Part shown: one piece after another, positions 42,564-50,091 of the stretch | Position numbering within the stretch: the first letter of the stretch is position 1 | Layout of the letters: every line of letters starts with the position of its first letter | Made by a program: the position numbers and the translations under genes | Notes under the pieces: generated by a model | Database searches by the model: none | The model's input: only the letters and a program-made list of their open reading frames with translations | Told to the model about the DNA's origin: nothing | Source of the DNA: an uncultured Nitrososphaerota archaeon | Lineage (GTDB): Archaea > Thermoproteota > Nitrososphaeria > Nitrososphaerales > Gagatemarchaeaceae | DNA length: 64,000 bases | Assembly (NCBI GenBank): GCA_963718895.1 | Contig: CAVRAG010000007.1 | Location: 192,001-256,000, forward strand | Direction of reading: 5' to 3'

Positions 42564-43376
42564 CTAGGAATGCAGAAGCGCTGCCGTATAAAGCAGCGTG
42601 AACCCGATGAGGATGAATATCGCCACCTTCAGGGACTCGGACCTCGAGCCGGGCTCCCAGAAGAGAGGGCGGGCCAGCCGAAGAGCGGCGTAGATCGAGG
42701 TCCCCAGGGCAACGGCGTACACGTAGGTGAAGTCGGCCGCAGGATACGCCTGCACCAGGAAGTACGAAACTCCTCCTCCGACGATGCCCGGAAGAGTGAA
42801 CACGACCGCGACCACAATGAGGTCGATGATGCGCTGCTGCGAGTTCTTCGCGTGGTCCTTGGTGTAGATCCAGTAGACGGCGCCGACCATCATCGGCTCC
42901 AGAGCCTTGTGCAGGGTGAAGGCTACGCCTGCCGTCACGCCGCCGAAGGCCGAGATCAGATCGTTACCGGGAGCGGTCACCGCTGTAGCGGATATCGATG
43001 CTCCCTCTGCGAACCCATGCAGGCCGATGGCCAGGGCGGCGAGGAGGGGGATGGCAAAGCCGAGCTTGGGTGTGGCCTGGCCAGAATCTAGCAGGTCGGG
43101 GTCGACGTAGAGGAAGACGATCAGGCCAACCGCGAAGAGGACCCAGAGAGCCGCATGGAAGAAACCTCCCGAGAATCCCTCGTTGACCCCGAGAAGGTTG
43201 GCGCCGTCGATCGTGTCGTTGAAGAACCAGAGATAGAGCCCTATGGCGATAGCAGCCAGGTACCTGGCCTTCAGGAACTTTGCCAGGATGGAGATTACGG
43301 CCAATCCGACGAGCGAGGGGAAGATGAATGTTGCGACGGTAGCGCCGAACGTCTCAGCGAACCCTAACATTATCAC
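42564..43376 (-). CDS. ZIP-like divalent metal transporter
   Basis: About 8 TMs with IGLHGFAEG (TM4) and LHKALEP (TM5) metal-site motifs. Confidence 0.6.
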   Translation of the reverse strand: MIMLGFAETFGATVATFIFPSLVGLAVISILAKFLKARYLAAIAIGLYLWFFNDTIDGANLLGVNEGFSGGFFHAALWVLFAVGLIVFLYVDPDLLDSGQATPKLGFAIPLLAALAIGLHGFAEGASISATAVTAPGNDLISAFGGVTAGVAFTLHKALEPMMVGAVYWIYTKDHAKNSQQRIIDLIVVAVVFTLPGIVGGGVSYFLVQAYPAADFTYVYAVALGTSIYAALRLARPLFWEPGSRSESLKVAIFILIGFTLLYTAALLHS

Positions 43377-43434
43377 GTATGCTATGGTCGAAGTACATTA
43401 AGCGTTGTGGCTCAAACGGCGTATCGCACGGAGG

Positions 43435-44468
43435 TTAAGCCGGCAGGACGGTAACGGTGCCCTGCATCCAGGGGTGGTACACGCAGTCGTAGCTGTAGAC
43501 TCCGGGCGAGTCGAACGTGTAGGAGTAGGTCTGCCCGGGCGCGATGTTACCCGAGTCGAAGAGGCCGGAGTCGCTGCTGATGGTGTCGAAGGAGACGGAC
43601 CTGGAGACCCAGATTACCGTGTTGTTCACGCCGAGCACCACGGTGATGTTCTGCGGGGAGTAGTTCCAGGTGAGCGGGGACTCCACTATGTAGACGGTGC
43701 TCGTGTGCTGGGCGGGCGTGTAGGGGGTCGTGCCTATTGAGAGGGCCGCTGCGCCGAACCACCCGCCCATCACGATCAGCATAGAGAGGGAGAGCACGGG
43801 GACGTACCTCCGGCTCGTCTCGCCGAAGTTCGAGGCGGATCCCTGATCTTGTCCACGTTGACGCCGAACTGCTCCCTGAGGTCCGACGCGAACCTTGCGT
43901 TCGAGACTATGGCGTAGAGAACGATGCCGTAGAGAACGATGCCGTAGAGATACAGCGGGGTGGGCATGAAGACCCAGATGCCGAGCCAGAGCTGGTTGAC
44001 GACCGAGTAGAGGGGGTAGATCTGGACCTGGAGGATGAGGGCCAGGCCGTAGAGGATGTGCGTGGCGAACCCGAGCATCAGGATGTGCGACTTGTTCGAG
44101 TCGGAGAGCATCGGGAAGAACGCGCCTAAGAGGAAGCCTGCGAGGAAGAAGCACCCGTGCTCCGTGGCGTGTATGAGCGGATTCAGGACGGCGGCGTCCC
44201 AGGCGAAGGGCAGGTGCCAGAAGAACACGACAGCGCAGACGACGACGACGGAGATGATGGTCGAGGCCCCCCTCGGGAACCTGTCGAACCACCCGGCCCT
44301 GTAGAGCGGGTAGGCGACCAGCCAACCGGAGATCATTATCATGATGTGCTCGAGCATGTGGACCGAGAGGTTCAGCGTCGTCAGGTCGTCGAACGGCGGG
44401 AACGCGACGGAGAACACGAAGAGGATCACCCCCAGAAGCGGGACACAGTATAGGAATCCGAGTTTCAC
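43435..44468 (-). CDS. CtaG (caa3-type oxidase assembly factor)-like membrane domain fused to a plastocyanin-like cupredoxin (one frameshift near 43845)
   Basis: HMLEH, FFWHLP and HATEH CtaG motifs in 43776..44468; the cupredoxin YSPQNITV..NNTVIW..FDSGNIAPG..YDCVYHPWMQG lies in an overlapping frame with no clear independent start signal. Confidence 0.7.
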
Positions 44469-44608
44469 CGACGTATGCCCTGGGATTTCTGGCCCGGACC
44501 ATCGACCCCCATATCTCTTGACGGAGAGGAGCCGCCCACCGGGCTGCCCGTCCTCGCTGTTAAGAAAGGGACGATATCTTATATCAGGGCTGTTAAGGTC
44601 AGTCACCC

Positions 44609-44992
44609 ATGCCGATAGTCAGTCTCTCCTTCCCGGAGTCGATGATGAAGGAGATGGACGAGCTTCAGCGGGCGCTCGGATTCACCGGCAGGTCAGAGCT
44701 CGTCAGGGCGAGCATCCGCCTCATGATCCAGGACGTCAAGGAGAAGAGCGCTCTGACAGGGAGAGGAAGCGCAGTGATCGTCTTGACTCACACCGAGGAG
44801 AACGAAGAGCCGGTGACGAGGATCAAGCACAGGTACGACGAGATAGTGAGGACCCATATCCACAACAAGATCACGAAGAACAATTGCGTGGAGATGTTCC
44901 TGCTCGAGGGAAGCTCCCACGAAGTGGCGACCATGGCCAAGGACTTTCAGAAGGAAGAAGGAATAAAGAGCGTCCGGCTGGTCGTGTTGTAG
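44609..44992 (+). CDS. nikR: NikR-family ribbon-helix-helix metalloregulator
   Basis: IVSLSF..RSELVR RHH domain; C-terminal H...H.H.....C metal ligands (KHRYDEIVRTHIHNKITKNNCVE). Confidence 0.85.
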   Translation: MPIVSLSFPESMMKEMDELQRALGFTGRSELVRASIRLMIQDVKEKSALTGRGSAVIVLTHTEENEEPVTRIKHRYDEIVRTHIHNKITKNNCVEMFLLEGSSHEVATMAKDFQKEEGIKSVRLVVL

Positions 44993-45254
44993 AATCGTTC
45001 CGGCATGTGGCTTGGCGGACCGGTGGGCTCTCTCTATACGTTGCCTCTGCTCTTGATTCTGCTCTATGTAGGGTGAGTGCTAGTGAGAATCCTTCAGTGT
45101 CTCTCAGGCTGGACCGCGCACATGTCGCCTCGTTCAGAATCCCCCAAGAGCATCGGCGTGCCCTCGCCATTCGTCCACTCTTAGTTACGGGGCGTCAACC
45201 ATAGGACCCCATATCGTCCATATTCTCTACGGCGCAATAAGCTAAAGCGCAAAG

Positions 45255-47210
45255 ATGGCAGGCTCGTACCTCATGCCGGTCCGAAATGCGGGACACAGCG
45301 AGACTTTGGACGGCTTGAAAGTCACCGGTCTCATCACTGAACTCGAGACGATACGGTCGGCTGTTCTCGAACAGGAGGAGGCGCTGGACCTGAGCAGGTT
45401 CGGCGACCACCTACCGAGCGCCAGGAACCTGGTGCAATATCTGGCCTTGCGCAGGTTCGACCTGCGGGAAACGCAGGAGAGGCTCTCGGAGATGGGGTTG
45501 TCCTCCCTCGGGAGGTCCGAAGGTCACGTGTTCTACAACCTCGAGGCTGTCCTTCAGGTCCTGTACAGCCTTGCGGGGCGCATCCCCCCGAGGAAGGGGG
45601 TCGGAGGGGTCAAGCCTTCTGAGGGGAGGCTCATCCTCGAGAAGAACGCAGCGATGCTGCTGGGTCCCAAGAGGAAGGGACGGAACGTGAGAATCATGGT
45701 GACGATGCCCACGGAGGCCTCCACCGACTACGGCCTCGTGCGGGCCCTGCTCGCCAGTGGCATGGACTGCATGAGAATCAACTGCGCACACGACAGCGAA
45801 TCCGATTGGAGGGGTATGATATCGAACCTCAGGCGCGCGGAGAAGCAGGTGGGAAGGACGTGCAGCATCCTCATGGATATCGCAGGCCCGAAGATACGGA
45901 CGGGGCCATTGAAGCCGGGACCGGAAGTGGTGAGGATAAGGCCCAAGAGGAATGAGCTCGGCAGAGTTCTGACGCGCGCAAGGGTTTGGCTCACGCCAGA
46001 CGAAGGGCAGGAGAGTCCACCGGGCCCGGGCGACGCGACCCTCCTGCTTCCCAAGAGGTTCCTGCGGGGTCTGACGACGGGGTCAAAGCTGGGCCTGAAG
46101 GATGCGAGGGGATCAAACCGCATGCTTCGTGTGGAGTCGCGCGCAGGGGAGTCGCTTTGGGCAACTTCGGGCAAGACCGCATACATCGTCAAGGGAACCG
46201 TCCTCTCGTACGGGAAGGAGAGCGCATCGGTTGGCGACCTGCCACACATCTTGCAGCCTATCACCCTGAGGGTCGGGGAGACGTTGGTCGTCACAGGAGC
46301 GTCAGTCGAGGGAACCGACGCCGTGAGGGATTCGAAGGGCGCGGTAAGGAGTTCGGCCATCATTTCATGCACGCTCCCGGAAGCGCTACGCGACGTGAAG
46401 AAGGGGCAGCCGATTTGGTTCGATGACGGAAAGATCGGGGCAGTCGTAACCGAGACCTCCGGGGAACAACTGAAGGTCAAGATCACTCATGCGGTCGAGG
46501 GGGGTTCTCGTCTTCAGAGCGACAAGGGAATCAACCTCCCTAGGACAGAACTCAGGTTGCCTCCGATTACCGAGAAGGATGTCAAGGACCTGAAGTTCAT
46601 AACGAGGCACGCCGACCTCGTGGGATATTCCTTCGTAAGGTCGCCCGATGACGTGGACCTCCTGCGGTCGATGCTCCAGAGGGAGGGAAGGAGTGAGATG
46701 GGCGTGGTACTGAAGATCGAGACATTGCGGGCGTTCGAGCAGCTGCCCAGCATCCTCCTCGCCGCGTTGCGCATGCCTCTTGCAGGAATCATGATAGCGA
46801 GGGGAGATCTGGCCGTCGAGTGCGGGTACGAAAGACTCGCCGAGGTGCAGGAAGAGATTCTTTGGCTCTGCGAGGCCGCGCACATGCCAGCGATATGGGC
46901 CACGCAGGTGCTCGAGGGACTGACCAAGAACGGGATCCCCTCGAGAGCGGAAGTGAGCGACGCCGCGATGGGAGAGAGGGCGGAGTGTGTTATGCTGAAC
47001 AAGGGACCGTACATGGTCGAGGCCGTCAGGGCGCTCGAAAACATATTGGAACGGATGCAGGCCCATCAGGCCAAAAAGAGCACGCTGCTTCGCCACCTGA
47101 ACATAGCCGAGAGCTTCTTCAAGGGTTCCTCAGGCGTGCCGACAGAAACGCGACATTGGGCCCGTCCCGCCGCCCGGAGACACGGAGAGGTTGCCGAGAG
47201 AAATGGATAG
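45255..47210 (+). CDS. pyk: Pyruvate kinase, long type with N-terminal extension and enlarged B domain
   Basis: RINCAH, DIAGPKIR, DDGKI, KGIN, SFVR, KIE, MIARGDL, ATQVLE, RAEVSD. Confidence 0.9.
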   Translation: MAGSYLMPVRNAGHSETLDGLKVTGLITELETIRSAVLEQEEALDLSRFGDHLPSARNLVQYLALRRFDLRETQERLSEMGLSSLGRSEGHVFYNLEAVLQVLYSLAGRIPPRKGVGGVKPSEGRLILEKNAAMLLGPKRKGRNVRIMVTMPTEASTDYGLVRALLASGMDCMRINCAHDSESDWRGMISNLRRAEKQVGRTCSILMDIAGPKIRTGPLKPGPEVVRIRPKRNELGRVLTRARVWLTPDEGQESPPGPGDATLLLPKRFLRGLTTGSKLGLKDARGSNRMLRVESRAGESLWATSGKTAYIVKGTVLSYGKESASVGDLPHILQPITLRVGETLVVTGASVEGTDAVRDSKGAVRSSAIISCTLPEALRDVKKGQPIWFDDGKIGAVVTETSGEQLKVKITHAVEGGSRLQSDKGINLPRTELRLPPITEKDVKDLKFITRHADLVGYSFVRSPDDVDLLRSMLQREGRSEMGVVLKIETLRAFEQLPSILLAALRMPLAGIMIARGDLAVECGYERLAEVQEEILWLCEAAHMPAIWATQVLEGLTKNGIPSRAEVSDAAMGERAECVMLNKGPYMVEAVRALENILERMQAHQAKKSTLLRHLNIAESFFKGSSGVPTETRHWARPAARRHGEVAERNG

Positions 47211-47316
47211 TGGGCCGGCCCGGATTTGAACCGGGGACCTTGGCGGTTTTCTGCTTTCGCCGTGTGAGAGCTTGACGGATTGCTCTGACGTCCAAACCAG
47301 GCTAGACGACCGGCCC
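47211..47316 (-). tRNA. tRNA-Val(CAC) with two non-canonical BHB introns
   Basis: After removing 47272-47286 and 47240-47255, the 75-nt product folds: acceptor GGGCCGG/CCGGCCC-A, D arm GTCT/GGAC, anticodon arm TCGCT-CTCACAC-GGCGA, T arm CCCGG-TTCAAAT-CCGGG. TATA TTAAAT at 47341-47346. Confidence 0.92.
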
Positions 47317-47394
47317 CTGCACGAAGCCACGTGAAAGCCGATTTAACGATTGCCGTCTTGAGCGTTGTTACCTCGTCCGAGGAGGGCTCGGAGC

Positions 47395-48273
47395 TCACGA
47401 GCCAGTTCCGGCGCCTGCCGAAGCGCCGAAGATGAGGCCCAGGAGTCCGCCGATGATAGCTAACGCGCCAAGGGTGAAGACGAGCGTCGTGATCCTCTCG
47501 GTCGAGGCGAGGCGGAGGAGCCACCGGATCGTCAGGAGACCCACGACCGCGGTGACGGCGATGGCTACGACCACCGTCGCCGGGGAGAGGAGCGAGAAGC
47601 TTCCCTCTATCTCGTGGCGAGAGAACAGGAGGGTGACCGCCGTCGCGCCTATCGATGCTGGGATGAGAGCGAGGAAAGACAGTCTGAAGGCCGTCTTGCC
47701 GTCAGTCCCTAGGAGCAGCATCGAGGAGACCGTCGCGCCCGAGCGGCTCACGCCAGGGAACGCTGCTATTCCCTGGGCGAACCCGATCGCAACCAGGTCC
47801 TTGAGCGACATCGTCTCGAGTGTGAGACGGGGCGTGTACCTCTTCCTTGAAATCGTTATGAGCAGCCCGTCGAGGATCAGCACCGACCCGAGGATGACCA
47901 TGGGGATGCCGACCGCGTTTCCGAGGTTGAGGGAGGAGACGGAGACGTAGATCGCGACACCCATCACCCCGGTTATCGCTGTCAGCACGACCAGGTACTT
48001 GAGCATCAGCCGCCCCTCCTTCGTCCCCCTCCCCACAAGCGACTTGAGTATGAGCAGGACCTCGGTCCGGAAGTAGATCATCGCGGCTACGAAAGAGCCA
48101 ATCTCGAGGAACAGCCCGAGGGCGTAGCCTTCGGAGAACGTCAGCCCGAGGAGGAGCGACGAGACTATGAGGACCTGGGTCTTACTGCTGACGGGGAGCC
48201 ACTCGCTGATTCCCTGGACAACCCCAAGCAAAATCCCCGCGCCAAGTATGAACGTGAGGTCAGTTGGTTGCAT
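47395..48273 (-). CDS. uppP: Undecaprenyl-diphosphate phosphatase (BacA/UppP)
   Basis: GVVQGISEWLPVSS and AQG.A..PGVSRSGAT motifs. Confidence 0.92.
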   Translation of the reverse strand: MQPTDLTFILGAGILLGVVQGISEWLPVSSKTQVLIVSSLLLGLTFSEGYALGLFLEIGSFVAAMIYFRTEVLLILKSLVGRGTKEGRLMLKYLVVLTAITGVMGVAIYVSVSSLNLGNAVGIPMVILGSVLILDGLLITISRKRYTPRLTLETMSLKDLVAIGFAQGIAAFPGVSRSGATVSSMLLLGTDGKTAFRLSFLALIPASIGATAVTLLFSRHEIEGSFSLLSPATVVVAIAVTAVVGLLTIRWLLRLASTERITTLVFTLGALAIIGGLLGLIFGASAGAGTGS

Positions 48274-48292
48274 TCGTCCAACTCTCTGGCGT

Positions 48293-48460
48293 CTACTTCT
48301 TGAGGCCCACGGAGCGGTTCTTCAACCGGAGGTCAGAGGAGTGGCATTTCCTGCACCTGGTCGCGGCGAGCGGGTTCCTCGAACCACACTTGAGGCAGAC
48401 CTTGAGGAAGAGGCGCTTCTTCTGCGCTATCTGCTTCTTAGTAACGTCAGCGATTGGCAA
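48293..48460 (-). CDS. rpl40e: 50S ribosomal protein L40e
   Basis: TTG start; MPIADVTKKQIAQ..LFLKVCLKCGSRNPLAATRCRKC.S..LRLK. Confidence 0.93.
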   Translation of the reverse strand: MPIADVTKKQIAQKKRLFLKVCLKCGSRNPLAATRCRKCHSSDLRLKNRSVGLKK

Positions 48461-48594
48461 TTCTAATCGGTTCTTCCCCGCCCTCCTGACCCCCCTTAAG
48501 GACTTTTCGAGGTGGAGGTCGCCTGCGTGCGTCGAGGCAGAGGGAGGAAGCTGGGGAACCGTAATAAAACCCCCGCCGAAAGGGGTTGGAAGAG

Positions 48595-49305
48595 ATGGCA
48601 CGAAGGTCCAGGCGGGCCAAGAAGTCCTCGAGGCGGAATCTTTGGCTCGGAATAGCGGTCCTCGCCGTGGTGGTGATTGCCGTAGGAGCGTACTATGTCT
48701 CCTACGGCCACGGAACGAACAGCACGACATCCACGAGCTCGTCGGCCAGCAACTCAACAAGCTCCTCAGGGTCCGGTGATTACGCAGTCCTCGACACGAG
48801 CCAGGGCACGATAGTGGTTCAGCTCTTCCCGCAGAACGCGCCGAAGACGGTCGCGAACTTCGTTAGCCTAGCCAACTCGGATTTCTACAACAACCTGGTC
48901 TGGCACCGGATCGTCTCGGGGTTCATCATACAGACAGGGGACCCGAATACGAGGGGGGCAAATGTAGCGTCGGAGGGCACATGGGGCCAGGGAGGCGCTA
49001 ATTCGACGATTCCCTTTGAGAACAGCGGACTTCCGGAGGGGCAGTACTACGTCGCGATGGCCAACACTAGCCCGCAGGGCGCTGGCGCATCGTCTCAGTT
49101 CTTCATCAATCTGGTCGACAACACCCAGTCGCTGGGCTCAGGCTACGCGGTCTTCGGCGAGGTCGTGCAGGGCATGAGCGTAGTGCAAGCGATCGGCGCG
49201 CTTCCAGTGGCTTCCTCGTGTGCGAGCACCAGTGGCCTCACATGCCCACCGACGAACCCGAGCCAAGCTCTTCTGATCAGCGTCACGATCCAGAGCACAC
49301 CGTAA
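48595..49305 (+). CDS. Membrane-anchored cyclophilin-type peptidyl-prolyl isomerase
   Basis: Basic N-terminus, TM, S/T linker; APKTVANF, WHRIV.GF.IQ.GDP, AMAN, SQFFINL, YAVFGEV. Confidence 0.9.
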   Translation: MARRSRRAKKSSRRNLWLGIAVLAVVVIAVGAYYVSYGHGTNSTTSTSSSASNSTSSSGSGDYAVLDTSQGTIVVQLFPQNAPKTVANFVSLANSDFYNNLVWHRIVSGFIIQTGDPNTRGANVASEGTWGQGGANSTIPFENSGLPEGQYYVAMANTSPQGAGASSQFFINLVDNTQSLGSGYAVFGEVVQGMSVVQAIGALPVASSCASTSGLTCPPTNPSQALLISVTIQSTP

Positions 49306-49379
49306 CTAGACAAGGGCCCCGGCAACTGGCGAGCCCAAGAGTCCTAATACTAGGCCCTCGGCGACGGTGCCGAAGACCA

Positions 49380-49946
49380 TTGGATACGGCACCTTCAAGC
49401 GGTTCAGGTCAGCGAGCGGTCATATCGACCACGCAAGGGACCTTCGAAGTGGAACTGTTCCCCAAGGCTGCGCCGAGGACAGTAGCGAACTTCGTCAGCC
49501 TCGCCAACACCGGGTTCTACAATAACCTGGTCTGGCACAGGATCGTCAAGGGATTCGCAATACAGATCGGCGACCCGACGTCTCGAAACGGCGGAGGCAA
49601 CCCCTCCAGATGGGGGAGCACAGGTTCGAGCCAGACCGTCCCCCTCGAGGCAAGTCAGGCGCTCGTCAGTGAAGGATACGTGAACGATGCGGGGTCTCTG
49701 GGGATGGCCCGAACCTCAGACCCGAACAGCGGAAGTTCGCAGTTCTTCATCAACCTGTCCAACAACTCCTTCCTCAACGGACAGTACACAGTCTTCGGGA
49801 AGGTGACCGGCGGCATGGATGTGGTGAACAAGCTGGGAGACCTTCCGGTGGACCCCGAGTGCGTCTCCAGCGGGGGCATGAACTGCAGGCCGCTGAACCC
49901 CACGCAGGCCGAGATTCTGACCATAACAATCCTGGACAAGCCATAG
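49380..49946 (+). CDS. Cyclophilin-type peptidyl-prolyl isomerase (no anchor)
   Basis: APRTVANF, WHRIVKGF.IQ.GDP, MART.DPNSGSSQFFINL, YTVFGKV; TTG start inferred. Confidence 0.88.
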   Translation: MDTAPSSGSGQRAVISTTQGTFEVELFPKAAPRTVANFVSLANTGFYNNLVWHRIVKGFAIQIGDPTSRNGGGNPSRWGSTGSSQTVPLEASQALVSEGYVNDAGSLGMARTSDPNSGSSQFFINLSNNSFLNGQYTVFGKVTGGMDVVNKLGDLPVDPECVSSGGMNCRPLNPTQAEILTITILDKP

Positions 49947-50091
49947 GGAGGGGGTTCGTTTTGTCCGATTCTGTGTCATAGCCTAAACCATAGGCGGCGG
50001 GAGCCACCTGCCATGATCCCGTATTGTCCCCCCGTGTAGCTTCGAACTCTGAGCCACAAGTCTTAACTCGGGAGAATTTCCTCGCCGCATC

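Noticed and set aside
43911-43950. 15-bp tandem repeat encoding LYGIV-LYGIV-LYAIV
   Set aside because: A short in-frame slippage duplication or assembly artefact within a TM helix; there are no spacers, so it is not an array.
45005-45076. 23-aa hydrophobic ORF after nikR
   Set aside because: Too short, low GC3, and no supporting signal.
39620-47316. tRNA-anchored genomic island carrying pyk and the metal cluster
   Set aside because: I saw no integrase and no duplicated tRNA 3' end (att site) in the window.
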